Shown one piece after another: positions 11,243 to 24,925 of a stretch of DNA of 64,000 nucleotides. Numbering within the stretch: position 1 is the first letter of the stretch; each line of letters opens with the position of its first letter. The position numbers were made by a program, and so were the translations under genes. This DNA is from Antedon mediterranea (lineage: Eukaryota > Animalia > Echinodermata): assembly GCF_964355755.1 (NCBI RefSeq), contig NC_092675.1, forward strand, positions 429,812 through 493,811, written 5' to 3'. Under the pieces are notes generated by a model, which was not told where the DNA came from, did not search any database, and saw only the letters and a program-made list of their open reading frames with translations.

Positions 11243-12830
11243 TAGACAGGTTCCATTTCTCAAAAAACGGCCTAGAAAACGAATCAAGAAGCATTTTTGG
11301 GTAGAAGCTGGGATCCACTTGATTTAGGATATTTCGACCTCGCTGATTACGAATATGGCGGATCCCAAGCGAAATTCGGCCATCTAAGCCCTTAATTTGC
11401 ATAATTAAAAATGGCGGCCATTTTTTATAATTACCCTATATCTTGAGAACCACTAGTCACAGATAATTAATTTTGGTGTCAAAATGTTTTAAATATATGT
11501 TTTTATATTCACTTTAATGACACATTTTCTCAAAAATTGGATGCAAGTCTTATTTCTGACATTTTGACCTTTGACCTTGATTTATCGTATCTCAGTAACC
11601 AATAATCGGAGAGACACGAAATAGGGCTCAAATTGTTCAGAAACTATACATTCATATTTATTATAATGAAATGTTTTTACAAAAAATGGCCGATTCTATA
11701 ACTATTGACCTTTGAACTATTAATCAAATATAATAATATAATAATAATATAACTTTGAAAATTGTGGTCTTATGAATTTTTTTTTCGTTTTAAATTGTTT
11801 AAAACATGTGTGTTTCTATCCAGTCTAATGGCACATTTTGTACAAGAATGGCCGATAGTATGGTTATTGACCTTTAAACTACAGCATAGGCCTACTGTAT
11901 ACTAAATATAATATAATTGCATAACTATGAAATTATTTATACACAATAATAATTAGTAAAATTATAAAATTCACTGCCATCAAATATGATGTATTATGAT
12001 TATATAGATTTAAAAAAAAATTTGAACACGCAAGTTACATTTGTTGAAATTTGTAATTTGAAATTTGAAATTACCTGCCACCAATATGATGGAGTATGAT
12101 TATAGATTTTTTTAAATGTGAACATGTCAGCTACATTTGGAAATTACCTGCCATCAATATGATGGATTATGATTATAGATTTAAAAAAGAATTTGAACAC
12201 GTAAGCTACATTCGAAAATTACCTGCCATCAATATGATGGATTATGATTATAGATTTAAAAAAGAATTTGAACACGTCAGCTACATTTGGAAATTTGGAA
12301 ATCACCTGCCATCAATATGATGGATTATGATTGTATAGGTTTGAAAGAAAATGTGAACACGTAAGCTACATTTGGAATGAACATGTTAAGGGCATCAGTT
12401 TTGATCATTCATGCAAAGGTTTCCGTCATCTTTAGCGTTGTTACACCGGCATAAAGCTGTACAAGGTAGTTTTGACTTCTTGCACCTACATCTATTGGTT
12501 ATGCATCGTGTCTTGCGTCCACAATAAATCATCTCTAACAAAGGAGTAGGAATAGCTTCATTTTTCAGAAGCACTGGTTGAAGTTTACCATTAGATAGCT
12601 CCCAACCAAAATCTGTTGGTGATGCAAATGCTGGATTGGCGATACAGCTTTTTTCCATACGAGTGCTTGGAAGTGTGCTCTTTTTATATGTTGGTGCACT
12701 GCATCGCTTGTTGGAGGTAATGCCTCTGACCAATACGTACATTGCAAGTACAGACTCATTGTAGAAACAACCATAGCGAACATTGCAACAGACTCATTGT
12801 AGAAACAGCCATAGCGAACATTGCTTTGTT
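11243..12830 (-). mobile_element. Academ(X)-like DNA transposon fragment (transposase C-terminus and one terminus)
   Basis: Frameshifted LPPTSDAVHQHIKRAHFQALVWK..PTDFGW..C.KTRC.TNRCRCKK..LPCTALCRC Cys-rich finger (12395-12760). TAG terminus at 11243; internal ~85-bp tandem repeats at 11973-12378. Confidence 0.65.
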
Positions 12831-13064
12831 TGTCATTTTTGTTTTGGTGTTATAAAAATGTGTCAGTGTCCGTTTTTATTATGTATATGTACAAAAACGT
12901 TGCTGGACTAATAAATCATGGTATTTGAGTAATCAACTAAAAGTCAACCTGCATGTGTTCATCTTGTGTAGTAGAAATACATTTTCAGCATTGTATAATG
13001 AAAGTATTAGGACTGATCTGGTTCTGTTAATAATTAGATCCCAGCAAATCAAAATTCACTTTAC

Positions 13065-13301
13065 CATTGATAGTAACATTAAATCCACAGCTTCCTGTGT
13101 TACCAGTAGTATCCATAGCAGTACAAGTAACAACAGTTGAACCAGCATTAAATGATGAACCAGAAGGTGGAGTACAAGTAGCTGACAGACCAGTATCAAT
13201 ATTGTCAGTGACTGAGGGGTCATTCCAGGTCATTGTAACTTGGTCTTTCTTTGTATCTTCTTCTTTGTTACTTGGGCAGGTAACAACAGGTACATCAATA
13301 T
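13065..13301 (-). CDS. HYR exon 7
   Basis: DIDVPVVTCPSN..TWNDPSVTDNIDTGLSATCTPPSGSSF..CGFNVTING; phase 1-1. Confidence 0.85.
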
Positions 13302-13778
13302 CTACATGGAATGTTTTACATCAATATCTACATGAAATGTTTTAAAAAGCAAAACTGTCTGTACATATCACTTTATCATACAGACAGTACTTGGAGGCAA
13401 TTTTTTTTTCAAGCTGTAAAGTTTAATTCACATTAAGTATTAAGTTGGATTATTGAATTAAAAATCAGTGATTATATCATTGTGATTGTATCATTGTCAT
13501 ACTAACTAGTGCTACTACTACAAAAGTGATCTATTTGTAAGCTAATGTTATGTATTTTGGAGCAGGTGGTCCACTCAATGAATATTAAAAAATGGTTCTT
13601 TTCATGATGAAAGTGATTAAAAATTGGGTTAAGACTTATAGAAATAAGTTGATTAAGATGATAATATATTATGTTTCTTTAATAGCTAATATATATATAT
13701 TTATATCAATAGTCTCTAGATTATAAGTTAAAACCAAAATAACACTTTTGAAACATATTACAATGTACGGAAACATAC

Positions 13779-14018
13779 CAATGACAAAAACTGTAAATTG
13801 ACAACTTCCTGTATTACTGTCAGTATCCATAGCAGTACAAGTAACATCAGTTGAACCAGCATTAAATGATGAACCAGAAGGTGGAGTACAAGTAGCTGAC
13901 AGATCAGTATCAGCATTGTCACTGACTGGCAAAGTTTCATTCCAAGTGACTGTAAGTTGGTCTAAAACTGTATATCCTTCAATGTCATCTGGGCAGTTTA
14001 CTGTGGGGTCACCAGCAT
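13779..14018 (-). CDS. HYR exon 6
   Basis: DAGDPTVNCPDDI..VTWNETLPVSDNADTDLSATCTPPSGSSF..CQFTVFVIG; phase 1-1. Confidence 0.85.
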
Positions 14019-14591
14019 CTACAAAGTAAAATAATAGAATTGATTGTACAGTAGTAGAAATTTAAGATAATGAGAATGCATCAAAATTCATGAAGTGAAA
14101 ATCTTATTTAATTTGTAGGTATCCTGAACTCAAATGTCATGGTTCAATGGCATTTCTCTAAATCTATAGGGTATTTTTTTTTGTAAAGGTTAATTTCAGA
14201 ATAAATGTACCTTGGTTTTTGTGACTTATAGGCTTATTCTCAATAATAAGTTTTTCCCCCTTCATAATCATAAAAAAATAAATCGTCATGGTTAACTGTT
14301 ATTTTGATACAACATTCCAACGGTCATTTGAAATTTGTCATGTTTATGCTACAAGAAATTGGGTTAAGTGTTACAAATGCTTTCAAAATTTATCTAAAAT
14401 TGCTCTTCTAATAAGGAAGATATAAAAATACATCTCCCTGATATACACACATCTAGACACTTTGGTTGAACTGTGCCCGGAATAAAACAGTTTGATTAAT
14501 ATTATTCCACAATTTAGGTAGAAATAGGGTGCAAAGGTTTTGGGCACTATGGCTACCATAATATAGATGAGATGTCTACAAAAACACTTAC

Positions 14592-14828
14592 CGTTGACAC
14601 TAACATTAAATATACAGCTTCCTGTATTACCAGCAGTATCAGTAGCAAAGCAAGTAACATCAGTTAAACCAACATCAAATGATGAACCAGAAGGTGGGGT
14701 ACAGGTAGCTGACAGACCAGTATCAACATTGTCAATGACTGAGGGGTCATCCCAGGTCACTGTAGTGTTTGCTGCATCTGTGTCTTTGTTAATATTAGCA
14801 GGGCAGGCAACAATGGGGTGATAAATAT
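14592..14828 (-). CDS. HYR exon 5
   Basis: DIYHPIVACPANI..VTWDDPSVIDNVDTGLSATCTPPSGSSF..CIFNVSVNG; phase 1-1. Confidence 0.85.
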
Positions 14829-15115
14829 CTACATGAAATGTTTTACAAATTAATGTAGTAAACACTTTCTTTTCAAATTACTCAATAACAGAGCGATGAA
14901 AAAAGATAAAAAAGAACAATGATTAAATGAATATGTATGTGCTTTGCCAACAGCTGATCCATTTCACTTTTGACAATTTGCGCTTTATTTATTTACTATT
15001 GTTCATACGATTTTCAATCTATTAAAAATGTTATCCTTGACTTATCATTTTATTTAGTTGTAATTGTTGTTTTACTTCTAATTCCAGTTCCTTTTATTGT
15101 ACCATTTACTTACTG

Positions 15116-18100
15116 TAATTCAATTCAATTTAATTTTATTGGAGCACATAATTAACAATACAATAATGGACGGTTGTAATATAAACTTAAAAGTAAAAAA
15201 CAAAGCTCAGGATTTCCTTCCTTACGGTTTATTTCCGTTGGGGTCCTATAACTAAAATTACCGGTACACTCCATAACATTTAAAATACATTAAGACATGA
15301 TGTATTAAATTAAACTACCTTAAATAAATACATAAATACTTTTAAAATTTAGTTAAATACACTATTACTATAAAACTAGAAATAGGCCTATAATAAAATA
15401 GGCCTATAATAAAATAGGCCTATAATAAAATAGGCCTATAATAAAATAGGCCTATAATAAAATAGGCCTATATAATAAAATAGGCCTATAATAAAATAGG
15501 CATATATAATAAAATAGGCCTATAATAAAATAGGCCTATAATAAAATAGGCCTATAATAAAATAGGCCTATAATAAAATAGGCCTATAATAAAATAGGCC
15601 TATAAAAAAATAGGCCTATAATAAAATAGGCCTATAATAAAATAGGCCTATAATAAAATAGGCCTATATAATAAAATAGGCCTATAATAAAATAGGCATA
15701 TATAATAAAATAGGCCTATAATAAAATAGGCCTATAATAAAATAGGCCTATAATAAAATAGGCCTATAATAAAATAGGCCTATAATAAAATAGGCCTATA
15801 TAATAAAATAGGCCTATAATAAAATAGGCATATATAATAAAATAGGCCTATAATAAAATAGGCCTATAATAAAATAGGCCTATTTTATTATAGGCCTATA
15901 ATAAAATCAATATAAAATCAACAGAAACATTAGAACATAAGATATTTTAAAAACTACTTTACAATTGAGTTATAAATATGTAAAAATATGTACGGTAAAA
16001 TATTAAAATACCGATCCAATTTAATTTACCCCAGTATGCAAACTGAATTTGGTCGCTAAAGTGTAATTTAACTTGATGTTTAAATCTATGTAGACTAGTT
16101 GAAGACTTAAAGGTCAGGTACGGGCAAAAAATTTCTATTGATCATACATTCCAATAATTATCGATCTATAGTTTCCCCTATGTTTCACAATTTTTGGGAT
16201 TTTATTTGTGTTACACGAGCTTGTTGAAAATAAGCACTTTCTTATCAGTGGGGGGGGGGGGGGGATAGTTCAAATTACACAGTAAAATCTCTATTCTTTT
16301 GTACAGAAATTTTGTAAATAGAGAGGCTTTTAAAAAGCTATGAAAAATTAACAGTGTGGTAAAAAATGTTATCAGATGACTCAATATAGGTAATATTATA
16401 ACTTGAATATTACATTTCTGGTATTTTTATTCAACTTCAGATTTTTATTTTAATGCTATAGCAAAAATTATCCACCGTATATCCACCATTTTTTCACCTT
16501 CTAGGGAGTCATCAGACATGTTATTACATTAGGTTAACTACCTAACTACTGAAAAAAGTCTTCCTGGTTTTTATGAAAGAATTTAGCCAAATTTTGTATT
16601 TGACCATATTAAGGGAAATTCATGTTTTTTTGTCTTGATTTCTGTTACAAATATTTGATTTATGTACAATTAACCAAATATTATATTTAAAATTCATGCC
16701 TGTACCTGAGCTTTAATAGTATTTGGTAGTTTATTCCATTCTTGTATAGCAGTAACATAAAATGTATTACTATTTTGCCTGGTTACTCTTGTTTTAACAT
16801 AATTCATTTCACTTTTTCTAGTATTGTAGTTATGTCTTTCAGAAATATTAATTAAATGCTGATTAAGATATTCTGGTCCAGTAGACTTTGATATTTTGTA
16901 TACATGGTGAATAACACGATCTGCAACGTTCAACATACCAAGCTTGTCTAATTCATGCTGGCCAACATGACTGCGTGGTCCCTTATTGCTAATGAACCGA
17001 ACTACTTTATTTTGCATAACCTGTAATTTATTTTTCATGTACATTGGAAGAGCTGAATACCATGATGAGCAAACGTAATCGTAGTGACATTGGATTAATG
17101 CAGAGCAAAGTATTTTCTTTGAGTTTATATTTACAGCTTTTGCCTGTCTGTACATAAATCGTAGTCTATCTGCACTTTTCTTAACAATTGATTTTGCAAT
17201 TAATTCTCCTGAAAGTTTTCTATCAAGTTCAACACCCAAGTATTTAACTGATTCTACATTTCTTATATGTTTTCCGTCAATTTGTTCTCTATAAGCCATT
17301 GATTACAAGATTGTAATTCATTACTTAAAATTGAGGAGATTGTATTCGGATCTTTTTCGTCTACAATTATAGCAGTATCATCAGCGTACGTAAATGGTTT
17401 GGAACTTAAACTAATCGAAATATCATTTACATAGCAAATAAATAAAAGAGGACCTAGTATACTGCCCTGGGGCACACCGCATGGTAAATGAAGAGGTGTT
17501 GACATTACTTTATTAATATTTACTACTTGCTGTCTATTACTTAAATATGATCGGAACCAGTTAACACTTCCCACCCCCATACCTTCTAATTTACTACACA
17601 TTATATCATGGTCCACTGTATTGAATGCTTTTTGTAAGTCTAGAGTAATCACAGCTACAAAAGAGCCATTTGATAATTTCGGTCTTATATAATCAGTCAT
17701 ATGAATTAAGCTTGTATCTGTTGAATAGCCTTTACTGGTATTGATACAGTATATTATTTTCATTTAGATTATCCTTAAGTTGACAATATAATGAACGCTC
17801 AAGTACCTTAGAAAAAACATTAAGAACACTTATTGGCCTATAGTTTGAAACATCTGACCTATCATTCTTTTTGAAAAGTGGTTGAACTTTCGCCTTCTTT
17901 AGTTCATCAGGTACAATACCAGTTGATGTAGATAATATTAATATATAATATTATATTATATATATATATTAATATTAATAATAAATGTAGCAGGAGCTCG
18001 AATCATATCGGCCCCATCTTTAAAAAATCTACCATACCATCCAATCCTGTGCCTTTAGAAGTATTAAGTTTGTTGAGCTCATTGTATACAAATTCTTCAG

Positions 18101-19262
18101 TTACTTCCTTAAGTTTGAATGCACCATGTGCGATTCCCTTTTTACTGTAAAACTCCTTAAACGTATGTGATTCAATACCAAAACCTAGTACAACTGATTT
18201 CAAGTTGCTAGCTAGTTTAGCAGCAACAGTAGTAAACAATATCCTATTACAAACAAAAAGTTCAATGGACTGTTTTGATAATAATTCAATGATTATCTGA
18301 CAGCGAATTATAGTAATATCATGCGACTCATAAATACCAGAAAGGCTTTGGGATTTGTCGTTAGACTCTTTTCCCAGACGTTTTTTGGATTCAACAGGTG
18401 GTACCTATAAATTATAGTCGAGAATCATTTTTCGCAAAAATGTCAGTGTCTAGTACTATAACTGCTGCTTGTTTTATATCTGAATGATTTATCTCTTGTG
18501 ACGTGGCGGGCTAGAGCAGCAGCGTGAAAATGTATTAAAACAGTTGGTAACACTTAATTTATCAAAGTATACAGTATTGTTTGTCTTAAGGAGAATTGTG
18601 GGAGATAGTTTTGACTTAATACCGTAACCTAATGATTTTAGATGCTTCCATATTTTTTTTGAGTTTCCTTTGTTTTCTGATGTAGGAGGTCACGATTTTT
18701 TATGTTTTATAAAATATTATTATTCATCCACAGTTCAGTTCTTGCTTTGATTCGTACTTCTTTAAGTGGAGCTACCTCGTTTATTACTTTAAGCAAGGTA
18801 TATATCCTTAAAATTAGTCCAAGCAGTATTAACATCGTTTGAAGAAGTTACATTTGACCAATCAATGTCTAACAGTTTTGATTTGAATTCGTTTTTACAT
18901 TGTAAATTTTTAATGATCTAATTTTAACCGTGTTATGCATATTTGAGGGCTCTCTGTTAATTTTCCGTGTACAAAATACAATATAATGGTCACTAAACCC
19001 TGTTTCTATTACACCGTGATCTGAGATGTTTGACATTTGGTTACATATAACATGATCGATTATAGTACTAGTTGTAGTAATTCGTGTTGGTTTATCTATA
19101 ATTTTGTTTAAAATTAAACATTGATAAAACATTATTTAATTTTCTATACAGAGACGTTTTCTTGTTCTTAAAGTCCATATTTAAATCTCCCATTAAAATT
19201 ATTTCAGAACTAATGTTAATCTTAGAAAGAGAAAACTCTAATTTTTCACAAAAATCCGATCC
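15116..19262 (-). mobile_element. Decayed CR1/L2-group LINE (endonuclease C-terminal part + RT) with nested insertions
   Basis: Frameshifted fragments GDLN, PTRIT..IDHV, SDH, RPISVL, LDLQKAFNTVDH, GVPQGSILGP, YADD; AATAAA..TTGAATTGAA tail near 15116-15140. Confidence 0.85.
15380..15906. repeat. 16-bp minisatellite (TAATAAAATAGGCCTA)n with an inverted unit near the right end
   Basis: About 30 tandem copies; AGGCCTATTTTATTATAGGCCT at ~15876-15897. Confidence 0.95.
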
Positions 19263-19710
19263 GATCGTATTGAAGATAAAGGATGATAGAGGAAATAGCC
19301 AGTCTATAGTTCCAGCAATAACTATAGACCTCCGATTAACCAATCAGATGCCATGAATTGTAAGGTGTCAAAACATAAATATATATATATATATATATAT
19401 ATGCCTGCTAGCTTTATCATAATTATAGTACTCAGTGGCAGATCCATGAGGGTCTTAAAAATTGTAAATTGATATGCTAAAATTAAGAAGGCTCACAAGT
19501 TGCACTCCAACATCGCTTCTATACTCGATTAGTGTGATAGACAATTCTTCTTTTCATCTACTTATATATAAATAACCAAGACAATTGCAGTTTGAATTGC
19601 TTGAGAAAAAAATTAATTGATAGAGATGTGACTATGTTATGATAACTAGTGGTGATCAAGACAAATTTAGCACACTAGATACTGTATATTGCAGAGCACA
19701 TGCCACTTAC

Positions 19711-19911
19711 CAATGACAAAAATAATAAAATTACAACTTCCTGTATTACCGGCCATATCCATAGTAGAACAAGTGACATCAGTTGAACCAATATTAAATG
19801 ATGAACCAGAAGGTGGATCACAAGTAACTGACAGATCAGACGGGTCATCCCAGGTGACTGTAGTTTGATTTGAGACTGTAAATCTAATCTTGTCATCAAC
19901 ATCTCTATTGT
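19711..19911 (-). CDS. HYR exon 4 (shortened, in-frame deletions)
   Basis: 201 nt, phase 1-1. Lacks the N-terminal PxVxC and the VSDNVDT segment but keeps VTWDDPS and CDPPSGSSF. Confidence 0.7.
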
Positions 19912-20361
19912 CTAAAAAGATGCATTTGTTGAAACATGACAACTGTGAATCTTACAATACAAAAATGTACCAAAATGATATCTCATGCGATAAATACTGA
20001 GTTACGTTTTCACATGCTAGTTTTTCTGGTGTAATGTAATGTGTAAAAATGCGTAGAAATGTGTGTCTGCAGGTACTGATGTTTCATCTTTACAGGCCTG
20101 TAAAGATTTAGCATCTTGTTCTGAGATTTTACATTGATGTAACATAAAAAGAAAAGAAAAAGATTTTTTTTACAATATGTTACATCTTTTTATTTAAATG
20201 GTGAAATTATTATAAGCCTAAATAGGTGAAGATTTATTCAAAACAATTATTTTTTAGGCAGAGTATGTACTCACAGAGAGCCTCTAGTCATAAGTTTGGA
20301 TCTACCCTGTGAGTTTGGAAAATATTTTCATTATTAAACTAACACAACATAGTGGACTTAC

Positions 20362-20598
20362 CATTTACAGTAACTTTAAATCCACAAATTCCTGTATTAC
20401 CAGCAGTATCAGTTGCATTACAAGTTACATAAGTTGAACCAATATTGAATGATGAACCAGAAGGTGGAGTACAAGTAGCTGACAGACCAGGATCATTATG
20501 GTCACTCACCGAGGGGTCATTCCAAGTTACTGACGTTTGGCTTGTAGTTGTATTTTTCTTGATGTCAATTGGACAAATCACTGTGGGGCTAAAAATAT
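20362..20598 (-). CDS. HYR exon 3
   Basis: DIFSPTVICPIDI..VTWNDPSVSD..ATCTPPSGSSFNIGST..ATDTAGNTGICGFKVTVNG; CAG/GTAAGT, phase 1-1. Confidence 0.85.
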
Positions 20599-21513
20599 CT
20601 GTAAAGCAAAATAGGGCTGTGTTTATACAACACCCTAAATTTGAACACAGTCTTTAATTTTTAGCGTGTTGCACGATCCGAGGTCAACCCCACAAAAACC
20701 TTGCAGTTATACATTAAATCGTAATACCGTGTTGTACCGTAGTTCATAATCCTAAGTTGTATACTCGCATGCATTATGAATTAATTTGAGTTTATTAAGG
20801 ATTTTAATAAAGGATGATTTCATTTAAAATTTAGTTTATTCAGTTATTGATTTTTTAAATCTGCTTTTGAAATTAAAAAAAAAAATGTTTTAGAATTAGG
20901 ATAAAACTATGCTACATTTTGCCAAATTATGCCAACATTTGATAAGCGTTAATGTTATAAGTGCTAAATCAGTTAAATAAAGAACAATTATCTACTAGAT
21001 TTGGTCAAAATTTTCACAGCACATACTTTTATTTAACGAGAGGTCAAAACAATACCCTGAGGACACTTCCAACACACCAACAGCAACCGGGAATTCACAA
21101 AATGTTAGGATTCAGCCAAGTAGCCTTTTTTGCAATTAAAATCTCATTACATGGAATCTCTTCAATGTTATACAACACGCTTCTCGTAGGTATGTTGAAT
21201 ATGCGTGTAATAGCGTGTTGTATAAACGCGCCCTTAGTCAACATTTTGTGGCTTTCTGTATCAAGAACTAGAGCTAGAAAGGCAGCGATAATATCTGTGA
21301 AGTTGGTTACTAGTTCTTAGTTCCTTATTCAAATTCAATTAAAGGGACAGTCACACATTGATTTGAATACGTAATAACTGTCTAATTGAGTTGTTATTGC
21401 ATCAACATGTTAGCCTTGACCTCCTCTACTTCTTCCGGTAAAAGTTCAATAACATTTTATGCATTTACGCCCTCTACGGCGAATAAGTAACTAGCTTTTA
21501 CAAACGTTATAAC

Positions 21514-22315
21514 CAGTGGCGGACCCCCCCCCCCCCCCACCTCGAAAATAAAATAAAATACTGGCATAAATTACAATTCAATGATGGCTGGCTTAGGTAA
21601 AATGAAAAAATGCTGACTTACAAAACTAGCCTATTTTTACGTGGCCGACGTCGTAGAAGAAAACATTGATCGTGTGTACGTACATAAACAAGCTTGTATA
21701 CGGGAACCAGACCACATTACGTCCTCTAGTATAGCACAAGTACTATAGGCTTTCGATTTTATGTGCAAGAGTACCATTTGCGGCCATCTGGGGCGTGATT
21801 GGGGGCTACCCTCAGTAAATATGGTAATAAATAAATAAAAAATTTGTATTTAATAAATAAATAAAAAATAAATAAATTAACAAAGTTCGCTTTGACAGGT
21901 CCTGCATCGGCCCTGGACAAGCACCTTTTTCCGCGAAGCGCCCTGTTGTGACACTTTTACTCAAAATAGGCCTATATGGGGAAAATGTCACCCTTTAATA
22001 GGCTAGTACCTCAGTTTTCATATTTAAAATATCAATTTTGAATACATTTATAATAACGTGAGAGTGCCATTTCCGACTATTTAGAGGCGTTATATTTTCA
22101 AAATCGCCTCAGCTCAGTCCCAACCATGGTGGGGCTGAGTTGGTGTGGGCTCTCTACATACAGGTGCGCCTCCCCCACCCCCATTCACAAAATCCTGGAT
22201 CCGCCCCTGAGTACAGGTGTATTTTACCATGAATTTTACGTGCGAGAGTACCATTTCCGGCCATCTAGGGGTGTAATTCAACAAAATTCGGTTTAAATCC
22301 TGGATCCGCCCCTGA
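21514..22315. mobile_element. Non-autonomous DNA element(s) with CAGTGGCGGA..GGATCCGCCCCTG termini
   Basis: Inserted into a unit of the adjacent tandem array, with ATAAC on both sides; the right terminus is duplicated at ~22210 and ~22315. Confidence 0.55.
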
Positions 22316-23300
22316 TAACACTTGACCTACTTAATATTTTCAAAGTATTTTGGTATAGATCAATGACCCTTGACCTACTTTACCATTGGCCACCCCAGTT
22401 CCGCGAACTTTTTTGCATCTACGCTCTCTACGGTGAATAAGTAACTGGCTTTATGAACGTTATAACACTTGACCTACTAAATATCTACTAAATATTTTCA
22501 AAATATTTTGGTATGGATCGATAACCCTTGACCTACTTTACCATTTGCCACCCCAATTCCGCAAACTTTTTTGCATCTACGCCCTTTACGGCAAATAAGT
22601 AACTGGCTTTACGATCGTTATAACACTTGACCTACTTAATATTTTCAAAATATTTTGGTATGGACTGATGACCTTTGACCTACTTTACCATTTGCCACCC
22701 CAGTTCCGCGAACTTTTTTGCATCTACGCCCTCTACGGCGAATAAGTAACTAGCTTTTACAAACGTTATAATACTTGACCTACTTAATATTTTCAAAATA
22801 TTTTGGTATGGATTGATGACCCTTGACGTACTTTACCATTTTCCACACCAGTTCCGCAAATTTGTTTGCATCTACACCCTCTACGGCGAATAAGTAAGTA
22901 ACTGGCTTTACAATCGTTATAACACTTGACCTATTTAATTTTTTCAAAATATTTTGGTATGGATCAATCACCCTTGACCTACCTTACCATTTCAGTTCCG
23001 CAAACTTTTTTGCATCTACGCCCTCTACGGGGAATAAGTAACTGGCTTTTACGATCATTATAACACTTGACCTACTTAATTTTTTCAAAATATTTTGGTA
23101 TGGATTGATCACCCTTGACCTACTTTACCATTTGCCACCCCAGTTCCGCAAATTTTTTTACATCTACGCCCTCTACGGCGAATAAGTAACTGGCTTTACA
23201 ATCGTTATGGAACACTTGACCTACTTAATTTTTTTAAAATATTTTGGTATGTTATAACGTTCGTAAAAGCCAGATACTTATTCGCCATAGAGGGCGTAAA
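22316..23300. repeat. Tandem array of ~130-140-bp units (~7 copies) ending in an inverted partial unit
   Basis: CTTGACCTACTTAATATTTTCAAAATATTTTGGTATGG..CTACGGCGAATAAGTAAC repeated; partial unit at 21415-21513; inverted copy at 23252-23300. Confidence 0.9.
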
Positions 23301-24925
23301 AAAACAATTTGGGAAAGAGTTGGCAGAATTCTGTAGTGAAAATGATCTGATTTTATCTGATATTATCAGACTTCATGATAATAGTTTTACCATTCTTAGT
23401 GACGCCCATGGTACAATGAGTTGGATTGACCATTTCATCTCATGGCGCCGATATGTGCATATCTGAAGTCAATGTTATTCTTAATTTCTTAACTGAAATG
23501 TGAGTGAATGGCCGAGCGGTTAAGACAGTGGAACCGTAATCACGTAGCCATAACTTCGGCAGGGGTTCGAGGCTCACTCACTCCATGGTTCTGGTGGTAG
23601 AACGAGTTTTCTCGGATAAGGACTATAAACCGTAGGTCCAGTGTACACAACTTGCTCGTGTGCACTTTAAAGAACCTAGTACATCTTTCGAGACGAGTAG
23701 GGGGTTACCCCGGTGTATTAGTACATCACAGCCACTGATCACCAACTGGGCCCTCTGGGAGATCAGTCTTTGACTGAAGAGGTCACCCAGTATAAAGATA
23801 AAACAAACAAACAAACAAACAAATTTTAAGTATGAGTTTAATGTCAAATAGTTATAAGATTGGGCATGATAAAGTGTATTCTAATAATAACAATGTAGAT
23901 TCACTGTTTGCTAAATTTGATTGGAGTAATGTTAAAGAACCAGAATTACATAATTATTGTAAACTTCCAGAAATGTTGTTAAAAAATATATATGTTGACT
24001 CCCACTATCATGCACCGGATGCAATGGGTGCTTGCATAGGAAAGGTATAGATGATTTATATAATGATATTATTTGTGCTTTATTTAGTGCCTCCAAAATG
24101 TGTTTTACAAATAAGACATTAAAAAATGTGACCCATATTCCAGGGTGGAATGAAAATGTCGCAGAATACCATAAAGTGGCCCTTTTATGGGTTAACAATG
24201 GCAAACCTAAATCTGGTTCATTATTTGAGGCGATGCGTGTGACAAGATCACAATATAAATGATTTTACGCAAGTGTAAATCAGAAGAACATCATAGAGCT
24301 AATTCTATGGCTTAATCTTTATCAAAAACTTACTATGCTGATTTCTAGAAAAGGGTTTGTAAGGCTAAATTATATATTCCTGTTCTTACAGAATCTTTGG
24401 ATAATATTAATATATGATTTGTGTAACCACCGGGCCGCTCATTTTGAGGAGCTGTTTAATTGTGTTCATAATGATAGTAAGGATTATGTTCAGAGTATAC
24501 TCGTTAATTGTAATGATGATTGCAGTTGTGGGGTAAATGTCCAACAGCTAGCGGGCATTATTAAAGATTTATCTAGTGGTAAATCCCCGGGAAATGATAT
24601 CTTGAGCTCCGAACAATAGACTAACAGTTCTACTGTCCTTATTTTTTATTTTAATGATTCGTCATGGTCATGTGTCTGATGAATTTTAAAATTTTTTTAA
24701 AGATTTTTAAAATCTAAATCAGGTGATATTACGAGTAAAAGCAATATTGGCCTATAGCTTTAACTAGAGTGGTATCTAAAGTACTAGAATCTGTATTAAT
24801 TCAATTTTCCGGAGATAGCCCTAAGTCATCTGACCATCAGTTTGCGTTCGGGTAAATCCACAGATGTATATTTGTCTTAAAACAAGTTGTTGAATATTAT
24901 ACTCGGCAAAATAGCCATGTATGCT
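23301..24925 (+). mobile_element. Highly decayed LINE ORF2 remnant
   Basis: Fragments FCSENDL..SWIDHFI, IPGWNENV, GKSPGND, PIALT.VVSKVLE, HQFAF; interrupted by a SINE and an inverted-repeat element. Confidence 0.7.
23499..23822 (+). mobile_element. tRNA-derived SINE with Deu/Nin-like central domain
   Basis: A box TGGCCGAGCGG, B box GGTTCGAG, GGATAAGGACTATAAACCG..GGTCC..TAAAGAACC body, (AAAC)n tail. Confidence 0.75.

Noticed and set aside
13067-13345. Plus-strand ORFs with DEPEGGVQVADR (also 14567, 20445, 40826, 41505)
   Set aside because: Antisense shadows of the minus-strand HYR exons.
22316-23251. CRISPR-like regular repeats
   Set aside because: Whole units repeat with no unique spacers, the context is eukaryotic, and there are no cas genes.
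23499-23585. tRNA gene
   Set aside because: Head of a SINE with body and tail; no proper cloverleaf. The same applies to ~34937-35007.
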